Made by a program: the position numbers and the translations under genes
Notes under the pieces: model-generated
Databases searched by the model: none
Seen by the model: only the letters and a program-made list of their open reading frames with translations
Told to the model about the DNA's origin: nothing
Assembly: GCF_038025025.1 (NCBI RefSeq)
Contig: NW_027117345.1
Span: forward strand, 310,001-374,000
Reading direction: 5' to 3'
From: Phyllosticta citribraziliensis
Lineage: Eukaryota
DNA: 64,000 nucleotides
Shown: piece after piece, positions 1 to 13,787 of the stretch
Layout of the letters: each line of letters starts with the position of its first letter
Numbering within the stretch: the first letter of the stretch is position 1

Positions 1-927
1 AACCACCCCTACAAGAGCACCGGCGCCAACGCGCTGCAAACTCTCACACTGTGGATCCCGTCGTCGTCACCCGTCGGCAGCGCCGCCAGCACACCAACAG
101 ACTACCTGCCACCGCGGCCAGGGCCGTGGGTCGTGTACATCCACGGCGGCGCATGGCGCGACCCGCTGGTCGACGCGGCGGCCTTTGAGCCCACCGTCCA
201 ACACCTGCTCGCGAACCACGCGGCGACGTTTGCGCAGCTGGGCGGCATCGCCTCGCTCAACTACACGCTGTCGCCGCACCCCAAGCACCCGACGCACGCC
301 TCGTCGCCCGCCGACCCCAGCCGCAACGCCGCCCACCCCGACCACATCCGCGACGTGCTCGCCGCCCTGGCTTTCCTGCAGCGCAGCTTCGGCTTCGGCG
401 CCAACTACGTCCTCGCCGGCCACAGCTGCGGCGCCACCCTCGCCCTCCAGGTCGCCATGGACCACGCCAAGTGGATTGGCAGCGAGGCCGCCGCCGCGCT
501 GGCCGTCGAGAAGCCGCGCGCCGTCGTCGGCCTCGACGGCTTGTACGATATGCCTGGCATTATTGCGGACCCGGGACCGAAGCACGCGCCGCTGAAGGGC
601 GTGTACGACTCGTTCACGCGCAACGCTTTTGGCGACGACGAGGCCGTGTGGCACGCCATCAGCCCCGTGTCGGTGGAGAACTGGAAGGCCGAGTGGAAGG
701 AGGGCGAGCGCGTCGTCCTGGCGCAGAGCAAGGAGGACAGCTTGGTGCCGTATGAGCAGACTACCAAGATGAAGGCGATGCTGACGCTGAGTCGGAGCAT
801 GAAGCTGCGCATACGAGAGATGGAGTGCGGCGGCGATCACAACGAGCTGTGGCAAAAGGGCGATCGGCTGGCGGAGATTGTGGCGAGTGCGGTTGAGGAT
901 GTTCTGTCTCCTGAGCAACATCTTTGA
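1..927 (+). CDS. BNA7: Kynurenine formamidase (alpha/beta hydrolase), 5' end outside window
   Basis: Frame 1 is open from base 1. It contains the HGGAWRDP oxyanion motif, GHSCG nucleophile elbow, DSLVP and a C-terminal catalytic His (GDHNELW), typical of fungal Bna7. Confidence 0.85.
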   Translation, partial: NHPYKSTGANALQTLTLWIPSSSPVGSAASTPTDYLPPRPGPWVVYIHGGAWRDPLVDAAAFEPTVQHLLANHAATFAQLGGIASLNYTLSPHPKHPTHASSPADPSRNAAHPDHIRDVLAALAFLQRSFGFGANYVLAGHSCGATLALQVAMDHAKWIGSEAAAALAVEKPRAVVGLDGLYDMPGIIADPGPKHAPLKGVYDSFTRNAFGDDEAVWHAISPVSVENWKAEWKEGERVVLAQSKEDSLVPYEQTTKMKAMLTLSRSMKLRIREMECGGDHNELWQKGDRLAEIVASAVEDVLSPEQHL

Positions 928-1041
928 GTTGGAGGTTAATTCCATGACAATGTTTTCAAGCGCTTGGTTGAGTTCTTACCTGCCCCTTCCGATGTCTCAA
1001 ATTGAACGTGTGGAATCACGATTCCCCTTCTCTTCCAATGT

Positions 1042-3275
1042 CTACTGCATGTCAAAGATGCCCGTGTCGAACTGGAAGCACTCGGTAATCTGCGTCGCCA
1101 ACTCGCCGTAGTCAAAGTCGAGGGGCAGCTGAATCGACGCCCACGTCTCATCATCCCACAAATTCGGATCGACGCTCGCAGGCTCAGACTCGGTCCCAGT
1201 CGAGTGGTCCGCCGGCACAGAATCGACGTGGTGGGGCTGGCCGCACGAAGAGGGCCCGTCCTGGGTCTCCATGGTGAAGATTTGGCTGACGTATTTCTTC
1301 TTGACGCGGCGCTTTTGGTGGGCGAGTTGCTGCCGGTGCTTGCCGATGGCCTCGGAAAAGTTGCTGAGGATCTCGTAGTAGTGTTCGGCCTGCGGGCTGA
1401 GGCGCGCCAGGAACTGGAGCACCTTGCGCGCCTCGTTGAAGGCGTCTTCGATGTCAAAGTTGGCCTCGCCTTGGGCGAAGATTGAGAAGCCGAGGACGAG
1501 ACCGGCGGCGAATATCCATGCTCTGCGGAATGTTAGACCTCGTGTTGGGATGGGGCAGGTGGAGGCTTACTTTAGTAGACACATGTTTGCAATCAAGGCT
1601 CCCGAGTCGAGTGCCTCGGAGCACATTTGTGCCATGTACACTGCCGAGTCGATGCAGACCTGAGAGAGGCGCTTGTCGGTCCCCGTCGAGGTTCCTTCGG
1701 GAGGAGACTGACCGGAAAGATGACAAGTCAAGTGCGAGATCAAAAACGGACGGGTGACGAGGATGACGGCGAAATAGTACACACAGGCAACATGAATATT
1801 GCCAATGATGAGCTCCCGATCGGCCGGCGTCAGTCCCTGAGAGTCACTTCGGGTGAACCTTCGAAGGCCGTTGGGCAGACAATTGCTCCATTCCTCCAGC
1901 TGCTGCAGGTAGCCTTCTGCTGATGTCGGATTCAGCCCACGGCCAGAGCCAAGATCTCGAGCCACCCGGTCAATGGTGCAGCAGGCTTCGAACGTGGCAT
2001 CTAACGACACTTTGCCGTTACCCTGGGAGGAATCGATCGAAACTAGGTCCATTACAGGCAGCGCGCATGGCCGGCCGAGTATGGCGTTGACGATCAAGTC
2101 AATGACTCGCAGGCTCTTCCACGTCCTCAATCTGTCGTCGTTCAGCGTCGAGTACAATTGATCCGGAAACGGCATCTTACCTGTCAGCTTGAATCTGGTC
2201 CAGCGGCTCGTACTGTTCCTCGACATGGAGTCCAAGGGCCCATGCCGCCCGGCTTGCTACACCAAGATACATGAAAGCCGTGTTTCTGCGGCAAGCGCCG
2301 AGCACGTAGAACGCCATGAGCAGAAATAACTTGACCATGTAAAGGCTGGGGTCTTCGAGCATTCCTTTCAACGCGGCTTTCTGGCCAAGTTCAAAGTACT
2401 TGAACCCGTACGCGAGATCAAGAGAGCTCTGGCCTTTGCACTGTCCACCTATTGCAATCATCAGGTGGACGGCAGCCTGCTCATCCTCGCTGCTTTCGCC
2501 GGTGAGGAATTGCTCTACCTCTTCTTTGCTGTAGAGGTCTAGTATTCCGCTAGTCTGGAACAATTCAGTTCGATTCGAGTGGACGAAAGGTTGCAAGACT
2601 TACAGCAATGTAGTAGTAATCAATCAGATTCCTCTTCTGCTCGAGGTCCTCTTCAAAGTTGTCAATCGTCTCATGGCGCATTTCTGCTTCCAGCATCGTG
2701 TTGCGCCGATTGTTCTCGGTAAACTGAGACGGTCCCATCTGATGCTTCAAAATCTGGCGCAGCAGATGCAAAAAAGAGATGGAAGCAAAGTCTCCAATGT
2801 ACACTGCCGCCAGTTTTAGTCACAGAAGCCCCGAGAGTTGAAGGGAAGAGGTACTTTTTTCTCCCTTTGAGCTCAACAGCATCCGGCTTCGGATCGCCTG
2901 CGGCGTCGACTGCGAGGTATGGGTCGTCTGCGACAACCGCCGCTCGCCCGCATGATCCGTGGACGAGTCGGCATAGTCGTCAGTGTTTTCGGTCGAGTGC
3001 GTCGACGCGTCGACAAACGCGACGTCGGCTTCCTGCGAGTCCTCTCGCGGGCTGATGTGAACGGCCGTCACGGCGGCCGCGGCGTCGCTCTGGACAGACG
3101 CCTCCGTCCGCCTGCGCTTCCTCGACTGCTGGTAGACGCAGGCTCCCGGACAGTCGCGCTTGACACAGGAGGCGCACGGCCACTGCGAGTCGCAGCGCTT
3201 CTTGGAGCTCTTGCACGGGAGGCATGCCTGCGGCGCGCGCTGCCTGTTCTCTGGTAGGACCTTGGGGCGAGGCAT
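1042..3275 (-). CDS. Zn(II)2Cys6 transcription factor with fungal-specific TF (middle homology) domain, multi-exon
   Basis: N-terminal CLPCKSSKKRCDSQWPCASCVKRDCPGAC, then segments ACRRNTAFMYLGVASRAAWALGLH, RTWKSLRVID...LGRP and KAWIFAAGLVLGFS joined across GT-AG introns. Stop TAG at 1044-1042. Confidence 0.9.
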
Positions 3276-3401
3276 TTGGAAACGAGTCGGACGAAATCAT
3301 TTACGGATCATTCGCCCCAGGGAGGGCAACCGTGGAGCCCGCATGGCTGGTCTTGCATTTCTCGGTCCCCCCAAAAAAGGGCTCACGTGGACGGTTGTTT
3401 G

Positions 3402-3430
3402 CTTATCAGAGATGCGGAGTCTGCCTTATC
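3402..3430. promoter_or_regulatory. Paired GATA (HGATAR) sites upstream of the Zn2Cys6 gene; candidate AreA/NIT2 element
   Basis: CTTATC at 3402-3407 and 3425-3430, about 130-150 bp upstream of the ATG at 3275. Confidence 0.35.
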
Positions 3431-3728
3431 AGCGGCGTAATGTAGATAGGCGAGCCGAAAGTGGTGGCCAGCATCCATGTCCAATCAATGCTATATAAAC
3501 TGTCTATACATGTTTCCCTTGTATACAAAGCTTTCTCGTAGGACGCATCATCATGGGCAGGATTGAACGCGCTCGAAACCTCCAAATTGGCGTAAAACTA
3601 CGGCATCCATCTGCTTGCATTTCTCGAATGTGTGGCACGACTTCTGAACGGCTCCGGGCGTATCAATTTCATCTTCATAACAAAACAGCTCATTCGTCTA
3701 GATTCCGCCCTTTTTCCGACCACCTACT

Positions 3729-4801
<1,073 letters not shown>

Positions 4802-5750
4802 TCAATTGAGAGAAATTTCTGCGCGTGCCGTAGAGGTAGAACGAAGACGTTTGATTCTTTGTTTGCGGAACTGTGACAGGTGCAGTAGGAGCGCAAGTTT
4901 TTGATGGAAGAGCTAATGCTGGATGCGGATGCTCCAACGCTTTAAACCATCCACTTAACCTAACCTTGGAGCTCCCCCAAGTCCGTCTGGCTCCTTGGAA
5001 ACAGCACCATGTCGACCGGCCGGTCAGACGGTATCCAATGACCCCCTCTGAATTCCCACCACAGCGAGCACATCATCCGCGTTGCCGTGCGCGTCCCGCG
5101 GAACACGCGTGCCGTGTCGGACAGACCCCACGGGGCACAGGTACGGTAGTGTCGAGACGGATCCGGGGAAGGGCATGGCATGGCAAGGCGGGGCAGCAGG
5201 GCAGCATTCAAGCTTCAAGGAAGAAGCTCCATGGACGAGCAGGGACCCGGATGAGTGAGCCGACGGATCCTAGAAGAGTCTCTTGTCAGGTGCCTGAAGA
5301 GGAAGCGGGCAAAGTCTGTTTGGTCGTTGGACGAAAAAGACGACGATGGGGGGTGTAACAACCGCTAGCGAGAGTGCATTAGCCGCCTCGGCTTGCCGCG
5401 GTCTACGTTGCGGCTAATACCCTCCGCCGCGACGCATCGCACCGCTCGCACCGCACCGCACCGCATCACCGCCGCCGCCCTCCAGCGAACCAATGCGGTT
5501 TACCATGTACGAGATAAGCTCGTCGACGATGAGTAGCCCGTTGGGTCGAGCATCGCGAGGAAAACGGGGACGCAAGGCTAGACTAGGCGTATCGGATGTT
5601 TTGGGATCATTTAAGAATGGCGCGGATGACTACGACTGAGCGCCAATCTATATTGACCAACAGCCGTCCGCGTCCTCTTTGTTGAAACTCTGCAAATCTG
5701 CTTGCTTCTCTAGTCTCTGAGTTTGCCTTTACATCTTCCTCCTCAGCATC

Positions 5751-7483
5751 ATGGCAGCCACTTGGACACAGCTGGACGTTGCGGTCGTTGGCGGTGGAAT
5801 CGGTAATCATCTCTCGCCAAACATCTGCCTTTCGAAAGTTGCCAACTGATTGTATTTTAGGTGGTCTTGCAGCAGCGACGGCCCTGCGGAGAGCAGGTCA
5901 CAAAGTCACCATTTACGAGCGCGCTCACTACGCTGGCGAAGTCGGTGCCTCCATCAGCTGCGCTGCCAACGGCACGCGGTGGTTGGAGGAATGGAAAGTC
6001 GACGTGCCCGTCGGCCGACCTGTCATCTTGCAGAAGCTCATTCTTCACGACTGGAAGACGGGCCAAGTGCAAGATATTTACGACCTGGGCGACTACAAGG
6101 ACCGCTGGGGATATGTAAGTTTTGATGTTTTTCCATCTTTTCCTCCCTTCAAGTTGGGGCGCGAGTGGTCTGTGCTGGACACTCAGCGACCTCTCGCCCT
6201 GTATCCGAGCCATCATGGGCAATAGTTCAAGAGCGCAAGGGGGCTGATGGGGTCGATTGAATTGCTCGCGCCCTTTATTGTTTCAATTCCAACTTTCTTG
6301 GACATGTGACTGATATATCAACAGGTCTACAACATGTTCCACCGCGTCAACATGCACGAAATGCTCATGAAGTCGGCCGTGGGTGAAGGCGAGGGCCCCG
6401 CAGCCGAGCTGAAGGTCGACCACAAGTGCTCGGAGATCGACCACGAAAAGGGCATCGTCTACTTCGAGAACGGCGTCGTCGCAAAACACGACCTCATCAT
6501 TGGCGCTGACGGCATTGGCGTAAGACCCCCTGAGAAGACCCCCCACAAAATCACCCCTGACTCCGCGACCCCTTATATCCCGAGTCAACCCCCGCTAACG
6601 CCACCCAGTCTGCCGTCCGCCGGACGCTGGGAATCGTCCCCGAGCGCAAGCTTTCTGACTCGACGTGTCTGCACTGCATCGTCAAGACCGAAGACGTGCA
6701 CCGGCTGGGCCTGCTGGACCTGACGCCCAACAGCGCCATCGAATTCTGGGGCGGCGACGGCATCGACAAGATCGTGTACTCGCCATGCCGCGAGGGCGAA
6801 GTCAACTCCTTCTACTGCTTCTTCCCCACCGCCAAGGGCAAGCACGGCGGCGAGGGGTGGAACTACACGGCGACGGTCGAGGAGATCCTGTCGCCGTACC
6901 CGGACCTGGACCCGCGGCTGCTGGAGCTGTTCCGCAACTCGGAGGACATCAAGCCGTGGCGGCTGTGGGTGCACCAGCCGTACCCGCGCTGGCACGCCGG
7001 CCGCACCTGTATCATGGGCGACGCCGCCCACCCCATGATGCCCGACCAGAGCCAGGGCGCCTGCCAGGCCATCGAGGACGCCGCCGCGCTGGGTCTCGTC
7101 TTTGGCCCCGAGTACGGCTTCACCCGCGACGTCAACGCCGGCCTCAAGATGTACGAGGACATCCGCAAGTCGCGCGCCACGCGCGTGCAGGACGCCAGCG
7201 CCCGCGCCCGCGTCAACATCAGCGAGCGCATCGGCTTCTCCTCCAACAAGAACAGCTCGCGCTACAAGGTTGCCGACGAGAATGGAAAGCTGACGATTGA
7301 GGAGATGAACGAGTGAGTCGTCGCTATACCCCCTTTTTTCTGCAAACCCGAGACTGACTATTGCTCCGCAGGTACGACATGACCGAACACGTCCGGCGGC
7401 TGGCGCTCGAGCGGGCCAGGGGCAAGAGCGCCGAAGCCCCCTCGCTCGCCATCGATGCTTCTCCGGAAGTGTCAGTAGCATGA
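5751..7483 (+). CDS. FAD-dependent monooxygenase, salicylate hydroxylase family, 5 exons
   Basis: VAVVGGGI/GGLAAA FAD motif split by an intron, DLIIGADG, and GDAAHPMMPDQSQGACQAIEDA. The last exon begins at about 7372 and ends at TGA 7481-7483. Confidence 0.88.
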
Positions 7484-7803
7484 TTCTCCTTCAGACGAGA
7501 TGTTTGCGACGGCTGACACCAAGCCAGAAAACCGAATCTGTAAATCAGAGACAGACAAACATGTCGTCAGGGGCATCAAAATTGCCCCCTTTCTCTCTCT
7601 TCTTTTCAGCGGCTTGATCAGGATCGCAAAATTGAACGAGGCCGGTGTTGTTTCTTTTGCTTTTATGAGCCCAAGGGCCGGATGGGTATTCGAGCGGAGC
7701 AGGCGGAGTCTTCTTTTTCATTTCAGGTCGAGAAATGCTACGAGCAATCGATTATCTACGCAAATCTTTTCAGCAATCTAAAACTTCTCGAGACAAGATG
7801 ACT

Positions 7804-9102
7804 TCAGACGTGAGCCCAGCCATCCAGGCGCAAAACCTGCATCTCGTCTATCGCGCAATAGTCTCCCGGCTCGTCGCGGTCGTTAATCTTTTCCCAATGT
7901 TTTATCCGCGCCCTCACGGCCATTTCCTTCCTATCACCGCCGAGCTTGAGCAGTCTGAGCGTTCTGTTCTTCCACATGCCTTTGAAGATATCCCATGAAG
8001 AAACCCACGGCCCGTCGGTGGGATTTACCGCTTCGTAGGCCTCTTTGTTGTACGCGACGCGCACGGCCGTATTGACAAAGACGCCGTGAGCACTTGAATA
8101 AGGATTGTCTGCGTGAATGAGGCAGCATTCACTGCCCTCGACGTGCTCCTTTGCCAAACCGTCCTCGAAGCCACGGAATCTCAACGGGTTGAGCGCCGTG
8201 TAAAAGGGCACGGCGTCCATGGCAACTATACCGTTCCAGCAGCTCGACACGGGGACCACCGGGTTGCCGCTCGTGAAGGCGCGGCGCGACGTGGCAGAGC
8301 GAAAGTACGGAAAAGATATGGATATGGGCTCGTGTCCGTCGGCGTCTCGGAGAGCAAACGTGTCATAGAACAGGGGCGCGACCTTGAAATCTAACGCACA
8401 CGCAGCGGCGTACTTGCCGCCGTTGGTAGCGAGAAGGTTGATGACATCTTCGGCCTACGGGGGGCTCCGTTCAGCATAGTTTTGCTTGGAAGCAGTGTTC
8501 CATCAATGGTTTACCTTGAACACGACGTCGTTGAGGAAGATGACCTTGTCAAATCTTTCTCCCTGCTTTTCCAAGTCTACCAGCGGCTTCAGAGTCTTGT
8601 TGCGCAATTTTGACAGGTAGGGTATGCGCCTGAGCTCTTTCTCTCCGCGGGACGTCATGATCCATCCCGGCTCCTCCGAGTTGCCCATGACGGTCTGCGC
8701 GCGGGTCGTCTCATCCAGCTCGATGGAGCGGCGGGCGCCAATCTTCTCCAAGTCGTCGGCCAGCTCGCGCAGCGCGCCCTTGGTGTTGTCCAGACTGTGG
8801 CTCTCATAGATGCTGACATGGACGTTTTCGGGGCCCAGGGATTCGACGAGGGCGAGCAGCGCCTTGTTCCAGTGCCAACGCAGCAGCTGCTCGTCGTGCA
8901 GGTGGATGCTGGAGATGAAGATCTTCTCGCCTTTGGGCGTGACGATGGCAGAGGCCTTGGCGGCAATGTCGGCGGCGTCGAGGTTGCCCCGGATGGACAA
9001 GACCTCGATGACGCTGTAGACGACGAGGAATAGGGGGAGGATGTCAAAGAAAAGCGTGCGCGGCAGACGCGAGAGGCGGGCGTATCGGCGGGGAAGGAGC
9101 AT
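7804..9102 (-). CDS. CAP59-family (GT69-like) alpha-1,3-mannosyltransferase-like protein
   Basis: N-terminal TM anchor, SIYESHSLDNTKGAL, RRIPYLSKLRNKTL, IFLNDVVF, VSSCWNGIV, EGSECCLIHAD. Intron at about 8514-8456. Confidence 0.85.
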
Positions 9103-9440
9103 GGCGATGGAATTGTTGCAATTCCATGGTCATTGGCGAGGGTGGGAGAAGGTGTTGGTGTAGTTGGTGCCGTTGCGCGGCCTTTGGGACACAGCCCAGG
9201 TGTCGAGCCAGGATATGGCTGCTTTTGGTTTGGTGGTGAGGGAGAGCGTGGGCGCCAACTCCGCTTAACGCCGCGGACCGGCCCTGGGCTGCTCGTCGCG
9301 TCATCGCTGCACGCCTGACAAGGCCGATTACTTTCCTGGGGCATCTAGTCTTTATCATCGCCTTCATGGCTTTTTAAAGGCTGCCAGAATTCCTGCTTGA
9401 CCAATTCTCCAAAGACCTCTGCTCCCGTCCAGTCCACAAA

Positions 9441-10217
9441 ATGTCCAACATCAACGCGTTCCTCGCTGGTTCTACCGGCCTCGTAGTACGTCCAGGTATC
9501 ACCGAACCAGTCTCTGCCGCTAACACTCTCCAGGGCGGCAACATCCTCAACGCCCTCGTCCACCACCCAGCATTCTCCCAAGTCTCAGCGTTTGCGCGCC
9601 GCAGGCTGCGACAAGAGTCGCCCAAGCTCTCGACGCTGCCCGCCGACCCAGCCACGGTCCAAGACACGGCGACATGGCCCACGCTGCTGCCGTCGCCGGC
9701 GCCGCAACCCAGCGTCTTCTTCTCGGCGCTGGGGACGACGCGCGCGCAGGCCGGCGGCGTCGACAAGCAGCGCGCCATCGACTACGACCTCAACCTGGCG
9801 CTGGCCAAGGCGGCCAAGGACGCCGGCATCACGACGTACGTGCTGGTGTCGACGGCGGGCGCCAACCCCAACGGCATGGGCGCCTACCCCAAGATGAAGG
9901 GCGAGCTGGAGGAGGCCGTCAAGGCGCTCGGCTTCGACCACACCGTCATCCTGCGCCCCGGCCTGATTGTCGGCAACAGGGAGGACAGCCGCCCCGCCGA
10001 GTTCGCCATCCGCAAGGTCGCCGGCTTGGCCGGCTGCTTGTCCAACAGCCTCAAGGACTTTTGGGCCCAGGACGCCGAGGTCATTGCGCGCGCCGCCGTT
10101 CACGCCGGCGAGCTGTGCGTCGATGGCAGGCGCGACAAGGGTGTTTGGGTCGTCGCCCAGAGCGACATTGTCAGGTTGGGTCGGACGGAGTGGACGGTCG
10201 AGGAGGAGCAAAAGTAA
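9441..10217 (+). CDS. FMP52: Fmp52/TIP30-like NAD(P)-binding protein
   Basis: LAGSTGLV/GG Rossmann motif (intron at about 9486-9533), FSALGTTRAQAGG..QRAIDYDLNL, ILRPGLIVG. Confidence 0.85.
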   Translation: MSNINAFLAGSTGLVVRPGITEPVSAANTLQGGNILNALVHHPAFSQVSAFARRRLRQESPKLSTLPADPATVQDTATWPTLLPSPAPQPSVFFSALGTTRAQAGGVDKQRAIDYDLNLALAKAAKDAGITTYVLVSTAGANPNGMGAYPKMKGELEEAVKALGFDHTVILRPGLIVGNREDSRPAEFAIRKVAGLAGCLSNSLKDFWAQDAEVIARAAVHAGELCVDGRRDKGVWVVAQSDIVRLGRTEWTVEEEQK

Positions 10218-10615
10218 GCGGCGGCGCCTTTGCGGTGGCCAATCGTTGGCGTGTCGGGAGCATTATGATACCAACTTTGTCGATTTTTCTACAGGCCCGG
10301 ATATTCCCGGCCTTGCCGCTCATACTGTAAACTGCCTGTACTTAGCCTAATCATACTGCATCCTTGTTTCCATCAAGTCGCTCGTCAAGCCAGCTTCCTT
10401 GCAGTTCAAAGAAACTGCTAAGACCATGTCCAAGAACTAGACCACCTAAAGATTGTACAGTTTTCTGCCCTGCCTACAACACTAACACACAAACACGCAA
10501 CTCACCCAAACCAGCCTATCCATTTTGCACACCAGAAGCAGCAGCACCACGACAAAAGATCCGCATGCCAAGCACAGCGCAACAACCCAACTTCGCACGC
10601 TCACCCTCTCACGGC

Positions 10616-13355
10616 TCACCACGAAGCCGGGCCAAACGTCGTGTTGGCCGCCAGCTCCTTCCACGGCGTGCCCTTGCCGTCGACCGTGTTGTCCGACGCT
10701 GTGTTGCCCCACCAGCTGAGCGAGGCGCCGGGGAAGATGACGGTGAAGAAGAGGACGATGGCCGAGACGGCGACGCCCGAGTCCAGTGCCGCTGACAGCA
10801 CGTAGTTGTACTTGGCCCACCAGTGCGCTGCGCGGGTATGTCAGTCAGTCGCTCAGCAGTTTCGAGAAAGCCATGGCGTTGAAAGAGCAGGAGGGAGGGA
10901 GGGACGAAGGGAGAAAACTCACGAAAGCGGCCCTTGATATACTTGTTAAAAATATAGCTGACAACAAACGCCGTACTATAATTAATGCCCGTAGCCGGCG
11001 GCAAATTGCCGGTACCAGCAAAGAACAGCGGCCAGTGGATACAGCGCAGCAGCTTATTGCGGGGGAACTTCTTCTTGAGGAAGAAAGACAGGACGGGCAG
11101 CGAGGCGCCGATCCAGAAGAAGTGCAGCAGGCCCGAGTAGATTTTGCCCTTGCTGTAGAGCCGCGAGGGCCCGATGGCGCCCCACACGATGCTCGACGTG
11201 AAGTTGACCCGCCCCTGCGGGCACGTGTAGCCGTTGGCCTGGTCTGTCTCGCAGATGCCCTTGATGTGGCCCAGCATCCAGATGACGACGGCGTTTTGCG
11301 TCACCGTGCCCACGATGCAGGCTGTTAGCTGCGCGATGAAGAGCGTCCGCAGTGGGATCTTCATGTACAGCCCTAGCTTCATGTCGCTGAGATAGTTCAT
11401 GGCTTGTGAGAGCGCTGAGTAGGCGTAGAACTGTGGTGGTTGCTGGTGTTAGTCGACGACGATAAGGTGAATTGTGGGGTGTGGTTGGGGTTTCTTGCCT
11501 TGAAGATGAGCATCACGATCGGCTTGCCGGGCAGCAGGTAGCCGGATATGATCTCGCCGAGGACTGTCAGGACGTTGGAGTTGAGGTTGGCAATGGCGTA
11601 GACGGTGCCGACGGGCACAATGTAGAGACAGGCCATGCCAAAGGCGACAATGATGCCCCACACGGGCATTTCCGTGTCGTAAACTTCCATGGTGATGATT
11701 GTGAGGACGAGGACGATGATGGTCATGATGAGGAACCACCACCAAGGCACCGTAGCGTAGCTGTGAAGGGGTAGGTTAGCATCAAAGACCGACTGAAGAG
11801 ATCGCAACAGACTCACTTTTGTCTCATCATTCTCACATGGACGTCCTTCTTGTCAGACCCCCTAACGGCCTTGACCATATCCTGAAAGTGGTAGAGAAAA
11901 GTGTGAACAGGGAGACAAGACATGACAGCAAAAGAGACACCATACGACAGGGCAAAAGTGGCCGGCAGGAAAACCGGACTGTACGCCTTGTAGTTGTCTT
12001 CCAAAAAGTTAGCCTTGGCGTCAATAATCTTGGTCACGTTGTAGCTGGATCCGGTGTTGTCGTAGCTGTCGGATCCAGATAGGGGCATGTAGCTCGTCCA
12101 CCACGCGTTGGTATAGTACAGGATGGGAGCGACCATGGCGAAATGGAAAAGCCAGCCGCCGAAGACGTTGGCCTGTGCCCAAAAGGGCACCACGAGCGGA
12201 GATCCGTTGTAGGCGATTTGGCTCCAGTCAAACGTCACTGGCATGTATCCCAGCCCAGTGCTCATCCCGAAGAGATTGTCTGCATTAATCAGCTGCGCTC
12301 ACACAAACGATCTGTTTCAAAACTCACTGACGACCTTGTTGTCTGCCAAAAAGTTAGTTGCGTTCCTCAAACAGGCGAGAAATCACTTACTGGGAGCAGC
12401 CCAACAGATAAACGCAAAAGTCGACAGACCAGTGAAGATGAAGCCGGGGAACCAGTACCAGCAGAAGCCGCCGATGAAAATGAACAGGAAGAACTTGTAC
12501 CGACTGACTCTCCAGCCGTCGGCCACGGGGTTCGCGCGGCTGTGCAACGTCTCGAAGAGCGCCGCGTTGGCCAGCGTCTGCGGCCACACCATGTGCGGCG
12601 GCTCGATGAGGAACCTGTAGCACATGCCGGCCAAGCCGAGACCGAAAAGCTGCATCGTCAGGCCAAGCAGGAACTGGTAGCCCGTCGGGGCTTGCACGTT
12701 GTAAAACGGCTTTGCCTTTTGAGCTTGGATGATGTCGGTAGCCTGTTATATTGTCAGTTGCTGTTCTTTTTGTCTGGACTGACCTGGGATTTGCGGAACA
12801 ACATACCCACGAGCTCCCGCCGAAGCTGAGGTTCGACATGATGGTGATGACGGCGTGCTCTTTGATGTTGAACTCGTTGTCCGGGTTCAGCGTGAAGCTC
12901 CAGGGCCCAACGCGCACTTGCTTGACCGGCAGCGTCCTCGCGAGGAGGCAACCGAGCGGAAACGCAATCAACTGAGCCACGAGCGACGTGATGGTGACGC
13001 TGGGGTAGCGCATGCTAAAGAACTGGTTGATGCCGGCGCCGAGGACGGTGAAGAGGATGCCCAGAAACCACATGCGGAACGTCGACACGGGCAGGTGGAC
13101 GTCGTCCGTGTTGGGCACGTTGGCGCGCACCTCGGGGATGGGCGAGTTGTCCGAATCAATCGTGTATTCTTCGTCAATGTGCTCAATGGCGGCCGCCGTC
13201 GCCTGCTCGGCTTCGGCCCTCGTCCGCGTCGACAGCAGCTTGGTGATGCCGACGCGCGGCTCCTTGGTGGTGCTGTCCTCGTCGTCGACGGCCGTCGGCG
13301 GCCGCTTGGGCTCCATGTCGTCGGCGCCCGTCGCCGCGTTGTTGGTGGGACTCAT
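10616..13355 (-). CDS. OPT-family small oligopeptide transporter, multi-exon
   Basis: SPIPEVRANVPNTDD, TFRMWFLG, FNIKEHAVITIM, WYWFPGFIF, SDMKLGLYMKIP, KYNYVLSAALDSG. Confidence 0.92.
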
Positions 13356-13787
13356 ACTGGTGGGTGACTGTCACTACCGGGAACCCGTTCTGGATGTGGG
13401 GTTATAGCTGCATGCGCGAGGAGCAAGCAAGCAAGCAGCCACCATATCGCCCACGGGGAATAAGCTCTTATACATGAACCAGGCGACGCCGTTTTCCGGC
13501 AGCCGTCGGGCCAAGTGCGAACGAAGCCTATCTGCATTCGGATTCCGTTGGCTAATCTATTGTCGATTCGAGGTGGGCGCGTGAGTTGCAAGTGTTTGGA
13601 GGTCGATGGCTATCCGTGTGGCGGTTGGGAGAGGTGCTGCGCGAGGCACTGGAAGGTGCAAGCGAAAAGCCAATCGCTTGCTCGACAGGGGTCACTACTC
13701 GCGTGGCTGGCCCGCTGTCCCGTTCGACTACAAAAACTATCGTCACTTTGCAACGGCATCCCCAAACGCCCGCCTGCTCTCCTGAAA

